DNA from: Azolla caroliniana
Lineage: Eukaryota; Plantae; Polypodiophyta
Assembly: GCA_043228905.1 (NCBI GenBank)
Contig: JBHGNT010000018.1
Coordinates: 15,748,001-15,812,000 of the forward strand
Direction of reading: 5' to 3'
Length of the DNA stretch: 64,000 nt
In this document: piece by piece, positions 38,276 to 51,600 of the stretch
Layout: each line of letters starts with the position of its first letter
How positions within the stretch are numbered: position 1 is the first letter of the stretch
The notes under the pieces: generated by a model
The model's input: the letters and a program-made list of their open reading frames with translations, nothing else
Database searches by the model: none
What the model was told of the DNA's origin: nothing
Program-made: the position numbers and the translations under genes

Positions 38276-38699
38276 GTGGGAAACATTAAAAAAATAGGAA
38301 AAAACCAAAAATAAACACAAGAATGTTTGAATAACATTCGCATTCGTTTTCCAACGTAGGAAAACGAATGTTATGCTAGACGAACACGAATTTTACGTAC
38401 TATGTATATATCTATGTATGTATTTGTATGTACTGTGTATGTGTTTTTCTTTATGAAAAGATATTCATTCGTTGGTGTAAGCAAATTACATAGTTTTGAT
38501 TCCTAAGTGATCGGTTGAAGCCTAAAGGAACAATCGCCATCTTGGTGGCTGAAAGTGCCAAAAAGGAATGCCATTCGTCGAGGACATAAGTGCATTGTAT
38601 GTATTATATGTATGTGTTTTTTTTTTTTTGAAAAGATATCCATTCATTGGTGTAAGCAAATTACTTAGTTTTGATTTCCAAGTGTTTTCGTGTCATTAT

Positions 38700-40740
38700 G
38701 CGCTCCACTTTGCCAAAAACCTTTCTTTAGCTTATCCATCCCCAAAATACATCAAGGAGCACTTAACCATGGACTGAAGTAAAAAGAACAAAATCTTATG
38801 CAATGATAGATTCAACTGTCATATGAGATGATAGTGTCAAAGTTAACTTGTCTTTCTTAGGCCGGATTATAGTTGCCAACCAAGTATTATTGGCAACAAC
38901 ATGGTATGTTTTGTCTTGTTAGATATTTTCCTAGTCGTGCATCTTGCAAATATGAAGATTGATTCGAAATTTCTTATGGTCTAGAAAAGCTAAGGATCAT
39001 GCTCAGTCTAAAGTTAAATGGGAGGTAATTACGTTACCTCGTTCCAAAGGAGGATTGGGTATTATTGATCTAGTAGACCAAACCAGACTAGAGGATTAGG
39101 AGGATTTACTCATGGTCATGAGTTATATAAAGTATTGTTGCTCAACCGTTGTTTTGAATGTTTTCCTCGCTTAGGTGCACCTTGGTCGAAGGATGTTTAG
39201 AGAAATTTTCAAAATACCATCATCTCATGGATGGGAGGACAAATTTATTTGAACTATTTTTTCTACATGGAAGCAAGTCTTACCCAAATTTTTCCGCACG
39301 AAACCTACTCACTATAATGAATATTTAAGGCAAAGGCATTGTTTAAAACATCAAATGGTTTAGTGTTGGGTTCTAGAGAGTGGTTGGCATTGGGCAAAAT
39401 GGCAAAATGTCCTGCAAATTCTGTCAAGACTTGGCAAGTCTTTTTATCACGCTCCTAGGAGGAACAAAAGCAAGTACTACCTAGAATTCATGGAGGACAA
39501 ATAATGTATAAACAAATTTAAGGAGCTATGAACAAAGCTACCATACCATCCACTTGCTCTCACTGGGTAGGTGTTTTTTCAAGCTTGGAAGTACTCTTGA
39601 CTATTTGATGTGGATAATGCAAGCCAATTGTCTCCATCGGAGGAAGTGGTATTAGATTATCCTTATGTATGGAACACAAGATAAGGGTAATATGATACAT
39701 TGATCACAAATGGTATATTGATCTGCCGATAAAGGACATAAAGTCACATTAAAAATTGTGGGTGTTGGGTAAACAATCTTTGTTCAGATTGGCACGGGAT
39801 CCAAGTGACCCATCAATGGACGGACCCATTTATTGGTAAAAACATTAAATTTTTCCAAAATTGTGTGCAGTTGGGAAGACATGTTTTGTCAAGTAGTCGA
39901 GACGTTTTACCAACTACACTTCAATACTGGAATCAACATAGTATTATTACGAAGTTTCTTGCTAAGTTCTCAATTAATTTATGGGAATGAAAACAACCAT
40001 GGAAAATATTTCATGTGTAGTGGTTACTTGTGCATCGAGCCTTGCCTAATGACACATCGTTGCATGAGATGGGCGTATCCTCTAGTTGTACTCGTTGTTA
40101 TTTGCAAGTTGAAACTCAAAAACATTGTCTAATATGGGACTGCCTTGAATCTTAAATGGTATGGAAATACCTCTTAAGAATATTTGCCAATTACTTTCCC
40201 CTATTTGGTATTCACATGGGGGATGGTGGTTTTAACATCACTTGTCAGCTCTATTTGTCATAGTGATGTTGAATACATGGACCATGGTTTTAACACTAAC
40301 TTCGAAATAGTTTGTGTACTTCCATTAGTGTCCATGCAGGTTTTAAGAAAAACGAAGGAGGTGCAACCATTATGGGAGATATTGAGAAGTACTACTATAT
40401 ATTATGTACATCTGGACAGCTCACCGCTCTCTCATTTTCATCAAGCTAGAGGCTCACCCATTGAAATGGTACATAACATTTGGTTGGACATTATACACAC
40501 TTTAAAGGGACAATGGGATTGTATTATTGAAGATTCTGAACATAAAATTGCTTAGCATTCTCAGTTTCTTAGTATGTGGAAGGCTACTCCACTTATTCAT
40601 GAGAGGATGACAATCCTTTTTGGTACTTTCCGCCACCAATATGGTTGTTCCCTCCATTGTTAAGTTAAGAATTGAAACAATTTAAACTACTTACACTAAT
40701 GAATGGATATCCTTTATTTTAAAATAAATAAATAAATAAG
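38700..40740 (+). mobile_element. Old 5'-truncated L1-clade LINE
   Basis: Remnants GRIIVANQVLLATTWY, LPRSKGGLGIIDL and a zf-RVT-like CTRCYLQVETQKHC; (AAAT)n tail at ~40720. Confidence 0.8.
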
Positions 40741-40834
40741 TTTATCATCACATGGTTAAAGAGATAGAATTAGAGAGTTATTACAAAGGTTATTTGTGTC
40801 AGAAGATTGGAGTTGCATGTAGGAAAGTTCACAT

Positions 40835-42405
40835 TGTGGCGTAAACGCTCATGCGAGGGTCTTGGACTAGGGTGGAGATAAGGGCTAAGAGGGCGCAAAT
40901 GTTAATAATTAGGGAATTAATTAAGGGTTAATTAGTGTCTAATTATATGAGTAGTTAATCACGTATGTGATTAAGCAGTGGAAGGCTATGTGATATGTGT
41001 GTGTATGTGCGTGAGAGAAAGAGAGGAAGCACAATTATGAACAATAAGACAAAATGGGGGATGATTAACACAAGTGTAGCTTAAAGAACTCTTGCTTATA
41101 TTAAAAGACATCAAGTTACAAAAAATACCTATAATGAGGTATATATACATTTCATGTGCAAGGGTGCACATGTGTGAAGAGGATATAAGTACAAGGATGT
41201 AAGACCTATATTAAATGTACTTGGAGTGGAGGATCTAGAATGTATCTCACTTAAGTACAAAGTCGTATTTAAGGATTTAAGGTCAACACACTAACTAGAT
41301 TCTATTTATGTAACTACTAAGTAAAAAATTTGACAAAATAACTAAACCTAGTTGGCTCGTCAGAGTTGAAAGCTCTTAAGAGTGGAAAACCTCTCTAGGG
41401 TCGAAAGTTCTACAAAGTAAAATGTTCTCTAGAGTTGAAACCTTTAAAGAGTTGAAAGATCCCTAGACTCGAAGGAAAGGCAAAGTTGAAGGGAAGATAG
41501 AGTTGAAGGGAGGTGCAATTGTTAACCACTAAACAAGAAACAAAGACGAAAGGAGGGGGAGGGTTGAAGCTTCCAGTGATGGCAAGTCTAGTGGGCGTCG
41601 AGACCGCAACTACCTTTGATGGCTATGATGCCTCAAATCGGGGTAGAGTTCTCAGGCCACTCTGTCTTCCCTTCAAACGACTCACATGCGAGCTTGTCAG
41701 ACCTCTCCTTGGAGCCTCCACAAAGTAAAACAAGCTCCCCAATAAACTTGAAGCAGGAAAACGAAGGAGTAGACCAAAAATGCCCAAAGCAAAGTAGAAA
41801 ACGAAGAGGAAGAAGTCACCCAAAAACCGCTAGAAACCTCAAAATATGCACTCTTCCCCTTCTTTTATAATGTGGTGTGCATGTGTTCCTTTGTGTCACC
41901 CTTTTAGAACACCCCTTTTTGCATGCATGTAGCTAAGCCAAACCCCCCTTTTAGCACACCCTTTTAAGCACACATGTAGCTAAGACAATATGTGAAATGC
42001 ACATAGGAGACTCCAAACCAATGTACATAACTTCTTACTTCTTGCTCAATTTATAGTCGATACAAAGGTACCCATTTAGCTACACGCATGCTAAAAAGGG
42101 TGTGCTAAAAGGGTGGGTTGGCTTAGCTACATGCATTCTAAAAAGGGTGTGCTAAAAGGGTGGCACAAATGAACACATGCACACCACAATAAGAAGAGGG
42201 CGCCTAATTGCATTTAATGCAATTATTCCCCTTTTCCTTCGTAAAGAAAGGGAGGAATAATTACTCATTAAATCACAATGCATGGATTCGAAATCTACAC
42301 CTTTATTTATTATAATTATATTTTCAAAATTTTATATTTACATTGTCACACACACCCTTTGTTTTTTCCCTTCTTTTCACATTTTTCACCTTTGGCCATG
42401 CCACA
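40835..42405. mobile_element. Probable solo LTR
   Basis: TGTGGCG...TGCCACA termini; flanks ACAT/TCAT (3 of 4 match); internal AGAGTTGAA repeats. Confidence 0.55.
41871..42188. mobile_element. 318-bp foldback element, TGT...ACA termini, 4-bp TSD ATAA
   Basis: TGTGGTGTGCATGTGTTC...GAACACATGCACACCACA with ~112-bp arms; ATAA at 41867-41870 and 42189-42192. Confidence 0.85.
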
Positions 42406-43520
42406 TCATGACAGTGTTATATCTAATCCATCACAAAAACTAACAAAGTGTTTACCTAGGAGAAAGGAAGTACGACACTCCAAACATATAGGAAGACTGG
42501 ACCGCATGTTATATTGCTAGAGTTGCATGTAGGAAGACTTGATCACATACTATATCATTGGAGTTGCATATAGGAAGGTTCAACCACATGTTATATCTAA
42601 TCAATCACAAAAACGAACAAAGTGTTTACCTAGGACAAAGGACACATGACACTCCTAACATTTGGTCTACCATTGAAGACCCTAGACAACGATCCAAACC
42701 TCAAGTTTCTAAAAACTGGTAATCACAGAGATGGAGATGATAGCTGAGTGCCTTGAAGGGTTGGTTCTAAACAAGACAACAAAAAACAAACTGATCAGAG
42801 CCACACCAACAACCATATCGAGGCTGGTTCCAAGCATGATCGGAAAGGCCAAGTCGTTTCTAGTCATTGTCAGAAGCCTTATAATGCGAGCTGGCTACTG
42901 TGTCAGAAACCGATCATTTCCCACCTAATCGACGACCCATGGTTCTTCTTCTTCAGATGTTGGGCCCGACATTATCCATGATCTATGCCAAGTCGATGAG
43001 TTGCCACCCGAGCAATGACACGACCCTCTTCTTCTTCTTCTTCTTCTTCTTAAGATGTTGGTCCTGACATTATCGGGGATCCATCGAACGGGGTTGAGCT
43101 AGGGTTAGGAAATGGACACCTTTAGTGTGAAGAAATGGACACCTTATATAGGGTGAGGAATGGGCACCTTGTTCAAATAAAAGAGCATTCATTCTTGTGG
43201 GCAATAATAAATATACATACATATACATATATAACCTTCTAAAACCTCTACCCTGCCCCTGCCCCTGCCCCTGCCCCTGAATCCTTCATGAAGCTTACAG
43301 AGATGGATGATCGAGGGATTTATGTTCACCATGCAAACAACAAAGCAGGACATTTCCTCTGCAGCTTCCATGCCCACCTTACAGGTAAGGTTTTCCTGCA
43401 TCCCCCTCCCCCTCCCCCTCCCCCTTCAAAGGCAGTTGTAGCAATGTACTTATGTGATCGTATTACACATAGAGCCCGTCTCTATTCTGGTACGCATTCA
43501 TACGTAGCCTTGTCTTAACG

Positions 43521-45785
43521 ATGGCCCTCCCACAGAGGTCACCATTGAAGCTCATCCATTTGCAGGAATTCCCTTCTCTGTTGCGATGGTATGGAAATAA
43601 CAAGGATTTGTTCAATGCCATGATTGTCCACCATGATATATGTACCAGAGATATAGAGAGTGATCCGTACATTGGATCGTCCCTTATCGAGATGTATCTT
43701 AAATGTCAAGCGATAAGCGAGGCTCATCTCTTGTTTTTCACCTCACCGTCACTACATAGTTTGTTCACATGGAATCTCCTCATTAGGTCATATAGAACCT
43801 CAGGTGAAGACTTAATGGCATTACAATGCTTACACCGGATGCATGGAGAGGGTTTTATTCCAGAAAAATATGCTTTCGTGAACCTTATCTCCTCGTGTAT
43901 CAATCTCAATGATTTGTCAGGAATTTGTCGGATCCATGCTTGTATTGTGAAAGGTCCTCATGAATGTGATTTGGTGGTTGGAAATGCTCTTATCAATGCA
44001 TATGCCAAATGTGGTACGATAGGTGATGCCTGCACTGTATTTGATAACATGGTAGAACATGACTCTTTCTCGTGGGATACACTAATTGTAGCTCATGTGA
44101 ACTCCAAGCTTTATGATGAAGCTTTTCATCTCTTTCAAGGAGAGAAGCTTAAAGGTGTGCTTCCCACGCGGATAACGTACATGGCTATTATAGAAGCTTG
44201 CACCAATAACAGGCCTAGAACCATTATGACCACATTGGCTTGTGTCTTCGGTAGTGATCACAAGAATGATGTTGTTGTCGGAACTTCAATAATGAACATG
44301 TTTACCAAGATGGATTGTGGATCGGATTCGTGGAATATGTTTTGTAGCATGCCAGAGCGAAATTTACACACATGGAACGGAATTATTGCGGCAACTTGCT
44401 CTCAACTTCATCAAACAAACAGTTTGATTGATCTATACAACCAGATGTTGAGTGAGGGAGTGCTTCCAAATGAACTCACATTCATTCGCTTGCTTTCCTC
44501 ATGCACGAGCCCAAAATTGATAACACTAGGTAGGTACATTCATGCTAGCATCATGGCCAGTGAATTTGTTTCAAATATTGCAGTTCATAATGCCCTAATA
44601 AACATGTACAATAAATGTTGTGAACTAGAAGAAGCTCAAAGAGTCTTTGACTTAATAGTAGAGAAGAATACAGTTTCTTGGACTACTATGATTGTTACTT
44701 GTGTGGAACATGGACAAAGCATACTTGCCATTGGAAACTTCCATCAAATGTTGTATGAAGGCATTTTACCTGACAAGGTGATGCTAATCAGCATTCTCAA
44801 TGCATATGCAAGCCTACATTCTCTTTCTCGAGCCCGAAGAATGCACACTCTCATTCATGGCACGGATCTTGATTCCAATATAGAAGTTGGATCTTCTCTT
44901 TGCGTTATGTATGGAAAATATGGGAGTTTCAAGGATGCATTGAGAGTGTTTGACAAGCTTTGTAATGCAGATGTAAAGGTATGGAGTTCCCTGATAAGTG
45001 CTTATGCTCAGCACAACCATGCAGAGAAAGCCATACAATTTTTCTGTCAAATGCAGCAGGAAAGTGTGTTGCCAAATAAGGTGACCTTTTTCAGTCTATT
45101 TGATGCGTGTGCTCAAAGTGGTGCTATATCTGAAGGTAGGAGATTGCATATTCACATATTATCTAGTGGTTATGAAATTGATGCACATATAGAGACTGCT
45201 CTTGTAGACATGTATGGAAAATGTGGCAGCCTCGAAGAATCAACAAGAATATTCAAAGATGCATTCAAGCAAGACATTATATTGTTAACCACCATGATGG
45301 CATCATATGCTATCAACAACAAGGTCAAGCATGCGCTTGATCTATTTGATAAGGTGCGCCATACTAGATTAAAACCAGACGAAGTGACTTTTATCAATGT
45401 TTTATCTATGTGTAGTCATTCTGGCATGATTGAACAAGGACGCTTGTTTTTCACTTCCATGAGCCATGATTATAATATCACACCAAATATTTACCATTAC
45501 AGTTGCATGATTGACATGCTTGGAAGAGCTGGATGCCTCAAGGAAGCCGAGGATATGATAAATAATATGCCATGTCCTGCAACTTCATTGCAATGGATAA
45601 CCTTGCTTAGTTCTTGTCGGCAAAAACTCGATATCGAACGAGGAGAGCGGGCTGCACATCAGATATTCTTGCTCGATCCAAAGAACCCAATACCATATGT
45701 TGAGCTTTCTAACATCTATGGTTCGCTGAATAGAGATGCTGATGCTATAGAGATTATGCATAAGATGAAAGCGAGAGTTTTGTAA
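43521..45785 (+). CDS. PLS-class PPR protein with E1/E2 extension (organellar RNA-editing factor type), no DYW domain in frame
   Basis: Alternating P/L/S motifs (GNALINAYAKCGTI, TALVDMYGKCGSLEE, HYSCMIDMLGRAGCLKEAE); E domain W.TLLSSCR...YVELSNIY; 754 aa without stops. Confidence 0.95.
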   Translation: MALPQRSPLKLIHLQEFPSLLRWYGNNKDLFNAMIVHHDICTRDIESDPYIGSSLIEMYLKCQAISEAHLLFFTSPSLHSLFTWNLLIRSYRTSGEDLMALQCLHRMHGEGFIPEKYAFVNLISSCINLNDLSGICRIHACIVKGPHECDLVVGNALINAYAKCGTIGDACTVFDNMVEHDSFSWDTLIVAHVNSKLYDEAFHLFQGEKLKGVLPTRITYMAIIEACTNNRPRTIMTTLACVFGSDHKNDVVVGTSIMNMFTKMDCGSDSWNMFCSMPERNLHTWNGIIAATCSQLHQTNSLIDLYNQMLSEGVLPNELTFIRLLSSCTSPKLITLGRYIHASIMASEFVSNIAVHNALINMYNKCCELEEAQRVFDLIVEKNTVSWTTMIVTCVEHGQSILAIGNFHQMLYEGILPDKVMLISILNAYASLHSLSRARRMHTLIHGTDLDSNIEVGSSLCVMYGKYGSFKDALRVFDKLCNADVKVWSSLISAYAQHNHAEKAIQFFCQMQQESVLPNKVTFFSLFDACAQSGAISEGRRLHIHILSSGYEIDAHIETALVDMYGKCGSLEESTRIFKDAFKQDIILLTTMMASYAINNKVKHALDLFDKVRHTRLKPDEVTFINVLSMCSHSGMIEQGRLFFTSMSHDYNITPNIYHYSCMIDMLGRAGCLKEAEDMINNMPCPATSLQWITLLSSCRQKLDIERGERAAHQIFLLDPKNPIPYVELSNIYGSLNRDADAIEIMHKMKARVL

Positions 45786-46517
45786 TAGGAAGGGAAAAGG
45801 TTACAATCAACATAACATTAATCTGGAAAGCTCATTTTTCACTCAGCCATCTGCCATTGAACAGATATCCCATGTTTATTCTATGAAGTGGCAAGGTTGG
45901 CTATACATGTTGCCACCATTATTGACAGTAAATTCAGCAGCAAATTGCTCGTCATTCAGCTCCATGTTTTACACACATGGTGGCATGAATTTGGGAGGAA
46001 AACGAACCAATATGGGCAACCCCTGAGCAAAGATTGATCTATAGTATCTGGATCACACTGTATTGTGGAGTATCACTGCTTATGTGACCAAGATGCTTTG
46101 AGCAAGGATTTTCTATTATAGATGGCACATAAAACACTCCAAATATGAGAAACTGAGCTTCACACAAGGTGAAGTTTCTGTTTTATTTTTCGCGATTGAT
46201 GATCTAATGGAGTTACTGTAAAGGCCATGAAAAAGCACCACACTTGAAAGATAGAAAGATGCTCCTCTATAGCTTATTTATTTGTGACAGACACCCTTAA
46301 TCAAGCTCTAAAGTAACACATGAATCAAGACACTGAAGAAAAAAGGGCAGGATATGTACATATGTATCCACTTGTATGATGTGTACTACAGGCATTTTGT
46401 GAGCAGTTATCATTAAATGGCCATTAGTACCTTGTGTGCAAGCAATGGTGCAAGGTCAAGCAGAATTTGAGTCTTACTAGGGAATGGATTGCGAAGATCT
46501 TAAGGTTCGGTCCAATC

Positions 46518-46552
<35 letters not shown>

Positions 46553-46555
<3 letters not shown>

Positions 46556-46608
46556 AGGTCATATTTGACCTCCGAAGACGATAATATAATCTATCTATCT
46601 ATCTATCT
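46553..46608 (+). mobile_element. Extremely 5'-truncated LINE A copy (3' hairpin plus ATCT tail) within (CT)n
   Basis: ATAGGTCATATTTGACCTCCGAAGACGATAATATA(ATCT)n is identical to 22276-22310. Confidence 0.92.
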
Positions 46609-46679
46609 CTGATTTATTTACACTCACAAGAGGGGCCTATGAATCTAATAGATCTGCCTCCACAACCTTAAACAATATT

Positions 46680-46880
46680 TGTTGGAACCATTCTACCAAT
46701 CACTGGTATTGTGTCATGACAATATGTGTTGGTACTTCTACCAATCACTGGTATTTTGTCATTACAATATGTGTTGGTACATTCTACCAATCACTGGTAT
46801 TTTGTCATTACAATGTGTTGGTACATTCTACCAATCTATTGAATTGTTCATGATTATTGTACATTCTACCAATCCATTGT
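46680..46880 (+). repeat. ~45-bp tandem repeat, about 4.5 copies
   Basis: Units like GTTGGTACATTCTACCAATCACTGGTATTTTGTCATTACAATATGT. Confidence 0.9.
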
Positions 46881-47999
46881 GTTGTTTTATGATTATTTTA
46901 GATGAAGCGTGCAACTAACAATGATGTCTTGTCCCAAGGCGGTTTTGGCCTCCACCTTTTTGTGTAGTAATCTTTAGCAACTAAAATGTATTTATTGCCA
47001 ATATTCATTGCAATTGGGGTGAAAGGATCATGCTGGTCATGATTTGGACAATGAAGTCATTGGCACATGAATTTGCTCTATTTTTTCTATTAATCTAGTG
47101 AGGTTATTTTGATATTGTTCCTTGGTCAGCCTTGGGCAACACCGGTCGGCTCGACTTTTGACTATGGAGGCCAATCATGAAGAATGGATCATTCTAACGC
47201 CTAAGGGTTGGGCCACTTGGGTATGTAGATGCAAGGCTGTTGAAGGTGGTTGGATACAGTGTGGATACAACATGACGGCCAACAAATAACCTTCTCCCTC
47301 ACACACTAATTCAAATACTTTGCAATGCAAACGTTGATTAATTAATTAATAACCAAAACCTATGAAGTTAATGATGAAGAGTTAAAAGGGGATAAAAAAA
47401 GAAGTCAACAAAGATATATTCCTTAATGGGGTAATATTAAAATGATAGTTGTGCAATGATCTTTATTAATATTTCTCTTACTATCTCTAATCTTCTTAAT
47501 CTTATCTCTCTTTTGCCTTTGATCACCCCACCCAAATGGGTAGATGTATTACCTTAAGTTCCTATTTGGCTCATTACTCCTTTCTACTTCGATGAATATA
47601 TCTTCTTTATTTTATGATGTCAACAACCTTTAATCCTTTTCCTAGGGGCTACATATATAGAATGATCAAAATTAAAACCAATATTTGTAGGTGGCTAATT
47701 ACATCCTAAGGTGGTTTGATAGTACTACAACCAAACACAAGCAAACACAACCGACAAGCCAATCAAAATTGAGAACCCATATATAGAACAATGATGGAAG
47801 GATAGGTTACTCGGGCATCTAGGCTGTTTTGGTAAGTTGGAAAGGCATTAACATTTGTTTCACAATTTGTTGAATAGGTGTGCATCATTTTGGATTGTCA
47901 CCCATCATACATCACCTTGCCAAATCTTGCATGTTGTTTTGTTGTAGGTATAATGTACACCAACGATGTTGTAAGAAGTCTCTCTCTAGAATCCTTGTT

Positions 48000-48659
48000 G
48001 CGCGTGCTACCAAGTGTCACATCGTGTAATTGTGTCAACGGTGTCAGGGTAATTGTTGTTTGTGCAGTGAGGTCATAGGGACTAAGGTTAAGGGGAGTTT
48101 GATAAAATCTTTATAAGGCTTGCACACCGATGTCACAAAGATTAAGGATAAGAGGAATAAGAGCGAATAGTAATGTGTAAGAGAGAGACAAGCACATATG
48201 AGAGTAAGAGACTATGTCTGCTTTAAGAAGCAAGAGTATACGATAAAAATATGTTTTATATTGAAAATACAAGATTTACTAACTTTACAATGCTTGATCG
48301 CATATATGAAACTTTTCTCTACCAAACTCCGGTTTTAAACCCTTGCCTTCAATTTTGAGAGACGGCACTTCCCACATGAGCTAACTTGTTTTTCTTGATT
48401 ATCTAAACTTATCCCTTGCTTAGATTGATTGATTATCCCTCCCTTCCCTCTTTTTATATAGGTGCTCACATGCATATGATGATGTGAGGGTGCATGGCAT
48501 GCATGCAATGCATGTGATGCATGATTGCCATTTGGCGCACATGCGTTATATGTGATGCATGTTCGCCATTTGGCGCACTTGCGTAACATGTGATGCATGT
48601 TCACCATTTGGCGCACTTGCGTAACATGTGATGCATGTTCACCATTTGGCGCACATGCG
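48000..48659 (-). mobile_element. Partial LTR plus putative PBS (TGGTAGCACGCGC), containing a 38-bp tandem repeat (~48528-48659)
   Basis: LTR end ...GTGACA at 48015; minus-strand CCTATATAAAAAG; the GCGCCAAATGG motif is shared with the LTRs at 3737-6462. Confidence 0.55.
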
Positions 48660-51600
48660 TGTTAGCCGGTCGGTTACCTAGAGTCGAATGGTCGGAGTTG
48701 GACATGTGTGAAATAGAGTCGGAGTCGACAATGTGAACATGAGTCGGAAGGCAGAAGGACAAAGACAGAATCGGAATATGAAAAGGAGGGAAATTAATAA
48801 TTTTTGCAAAGTATAAAATCTAGTAAGTTAGTTAGAACAATTTTGTTGTAGTTCTTGCTGAAGAAGGCAAGTGTAATCTTGGAAAGAGACTACATCATCA
48901 TACTATTTTTATTAATATAAGTTTGGTAGTTAGAGTTATTTTCCGTATCGAATATCGACTAGTGTGGTGTATGTTTGAGTTCAATCTCTATTATACAGAG
49001 TTGATTATATCTAATAGTTGATCAAGTTCATACTCTAATTACATTAAGTTTATTTGTCTATTACAGTTCTGAGTGACTGAATGTCATAGTTGACAAACAC
49101 CATCTTTCCAACCACAATCATCTTGATAGAATAGTTCGGTTATAGCATGTTCGACCCATTGGGTTTGTCAATTACAATAGTAGGCTGTCGGTAGGTCAAC
49201 ACAATATTTTGGCACGCTCGGTTACATCTGTAATATCCGGAGAACGAGGAGAATAGATGTCGTCTAGTCGACCGATTACAGATCAACCCGCAGAAAGCAG
49301 AAGACCACGCACGAGATCGGAGAACCGATGTGCAAAAGGTGGTGTTTTTGATTGTTTGGAGATTTCCGAACAAGTCCAGCAAGAAGTTGAAGGGGAACTA
49401 AGAGCACTTCCTGATTTAACTACCGATAGTAGTTCGGACAAGGAGAAGTCCGACCAAAGGTACATGATCACATTTTGTGAGGAAGATACAATACCGCATC
49501 CCTATCATAAGTATAATGATGAAGCTGATGTGGAAGTGCATATGCGTGCTTTCTCATGACATGGGAAGCGAACAATGTTTCACAAAGATTGTTGGAAGCA
49601 AATGCCGACAAACCCAAAATTGCAAAATTTGGATTATCGCTCAACGTCCAGTTGGTGAATTGGTACTCCCAGCACGAGGCGGGTGAGTTTGAGCCTTTTA
49701 AGCAATTAACTACTAAATTTATTAAACTATTTCATCGTCAAGTTCTGAAGAGGGAATTAATGAGCCAGTTCTACGCGGATTACCAAGAAACCCATGAAAC
49801 TGTGCCCCAATTTATTATTCGGTTTTAGAATCTGGCGACAGTTAGCAAGACCTCTTCCGGAAGAGGATGTGAAGGAAACTTTCTTGTCAGCTTTACAAGA
49901 GCCCCTTCGAACAATGCTAGCTGTGTTAGATTTCAAGGATCAATCACTGGAGCAAGTGATCGACAAAACACTTGTCATGGACAAGACGCAGACTAGTAAT
50001 AGTCTGTCTATGGCGTCCTTACAACGATCTTTACTGATGTCGGAAAAAATACGGTTCCGTCAAGCAATTCAATGTGCGACTTGTCTGAATCTAGGCCATT
50101 CTACGGTCAAATGCAGTTTACGCATTTATTGCCCGATTTGCCATTCCAAGGCGCATACGATCGACTAGTGTGAATACAATCTGCTTAATAAAGTTGTGGC
50201 ACCGATAAGATAGATACAATCCCAAGTTGATCGCTCTGAGGATCGGAATCAGTCGGTCCAATTTGGGGATGATGATCGTTATCGGTTAGATAATAATCGG
50301 CGAGATTATTGTAGAGACGATTATCAACGAAACGTTGGATACAATGATTATCAACGGGAAGATGACCGACAAGATGACTATGGACAAGAGAGTCGAAACA
50401 ATTATGATTGGGATTATTCACCCCGGCAAGATAGAAATAATCGACAACCTTACTGGGGTAGTAGGTATCATGATGAGAGAAGGTCTTACGACCAGAGGAG
50501 GAATGAAGATAATCGACCACTGAATCGTCGGTTCCATGATAATAGAAGACCCAAAGGATCCCGACATTTTCAGTATAATTCCAAGGGTCGAGAAGAGTTG
50601 AGAAGAGTCGACACTGCAAGATGTTCGGCAACCCCAATATGAAAATGGCAAATCCAGTGGATCATTCGTGCCGAATTGGTATAATTGTAGGAAGGATGGT
50701 CATTACGTCAATCAATGTTCGACAAAAGAAAAAGGGAAAGCACATGCAATAAATATGGTCACGCATGAAGTACAACAAGTCACCACTCAAGGTCAAGCCA
50801 AACAATATGAGTGGGAAATGCAGGAAGTTGTGTGTAAAGCAACGAAAGAATGGGTTGAAGAGGCAAACAACAAAAATGTTGGTCAAATGCTGCAGGAAAG
50901 TAAATTGCCGATCGACAATTCGGCAAGTTGACAAAAGGAAGTGTCTACAGTTACATCGGAAGATGGTGAAGCATGGAAGGTATTGGCTGACTGTCAAGTA
51001 TCATTACCCTTAGTAGGATTAAGTCTAAAATTAGTGCCTCGATTAATGGAAAAGGTAGCAAGCATTATCACCAAACAGGAGTTGGAAGACGTGTCGGTAA
51101 ATTTTACAAATCCAGTCAATGGACCGATAATAATGGATGAGCAGAGTCCGATAATCAAGGTCATCATTCACAACCAAGAGGTGTCAGGCAACATCATTGA
51201 TCGAGGTTCCGTTGTGATTGTCATTAACAAAACTACTTGTGATCGGCTAGGTATCACTACATGGAACGCATGTCCGTTCTGGTTGCGAATGACTGACATT
51301 AGCACGGTCCGACCATTAGGGTTGATTCGACAACTGGATATAATCATTGGTGGTCACGCATTTCAGATATCGACGGTTTTTCTTCATCTTGATGCACCAG
51401 GTGCATATCCTCTATTATTGAGAAGACCCTGGCTTAAAACGACGAATATTATGCAGAATTGGCAGAAAAATATTCTTACATTTTGGAAAGGCAAGAGCAA
51501 GATTTGAGTGTCGACTCAAGGAACGATCATGACATCTTGAGAATGTGTACCCTTACATGCAGAGGCAGTTAATATGATGGAAGGATTAGATGATGTAGAA

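Noticed and set aside
36205-38400. Older MITE hosting the hAT element
   Set aside because: Only weak inverted similarity (CATTCG/CGAATG motifs); no defensible TIR or TSD.
45786-46290. Decayed E+/DYW domain after the PLS PPR
   Set aside because: Only a faint HHT*KIERCSS resemblance near 46235-46270; no HxE or CxxC motif found.
46680-46880. CRISPR-like array (also 53460-54160 and 48528-48659)
   Set aside because: Head-to-tail degenerate tandem repeats with no unique spacers, no cas genes, in a eukaryotic context.
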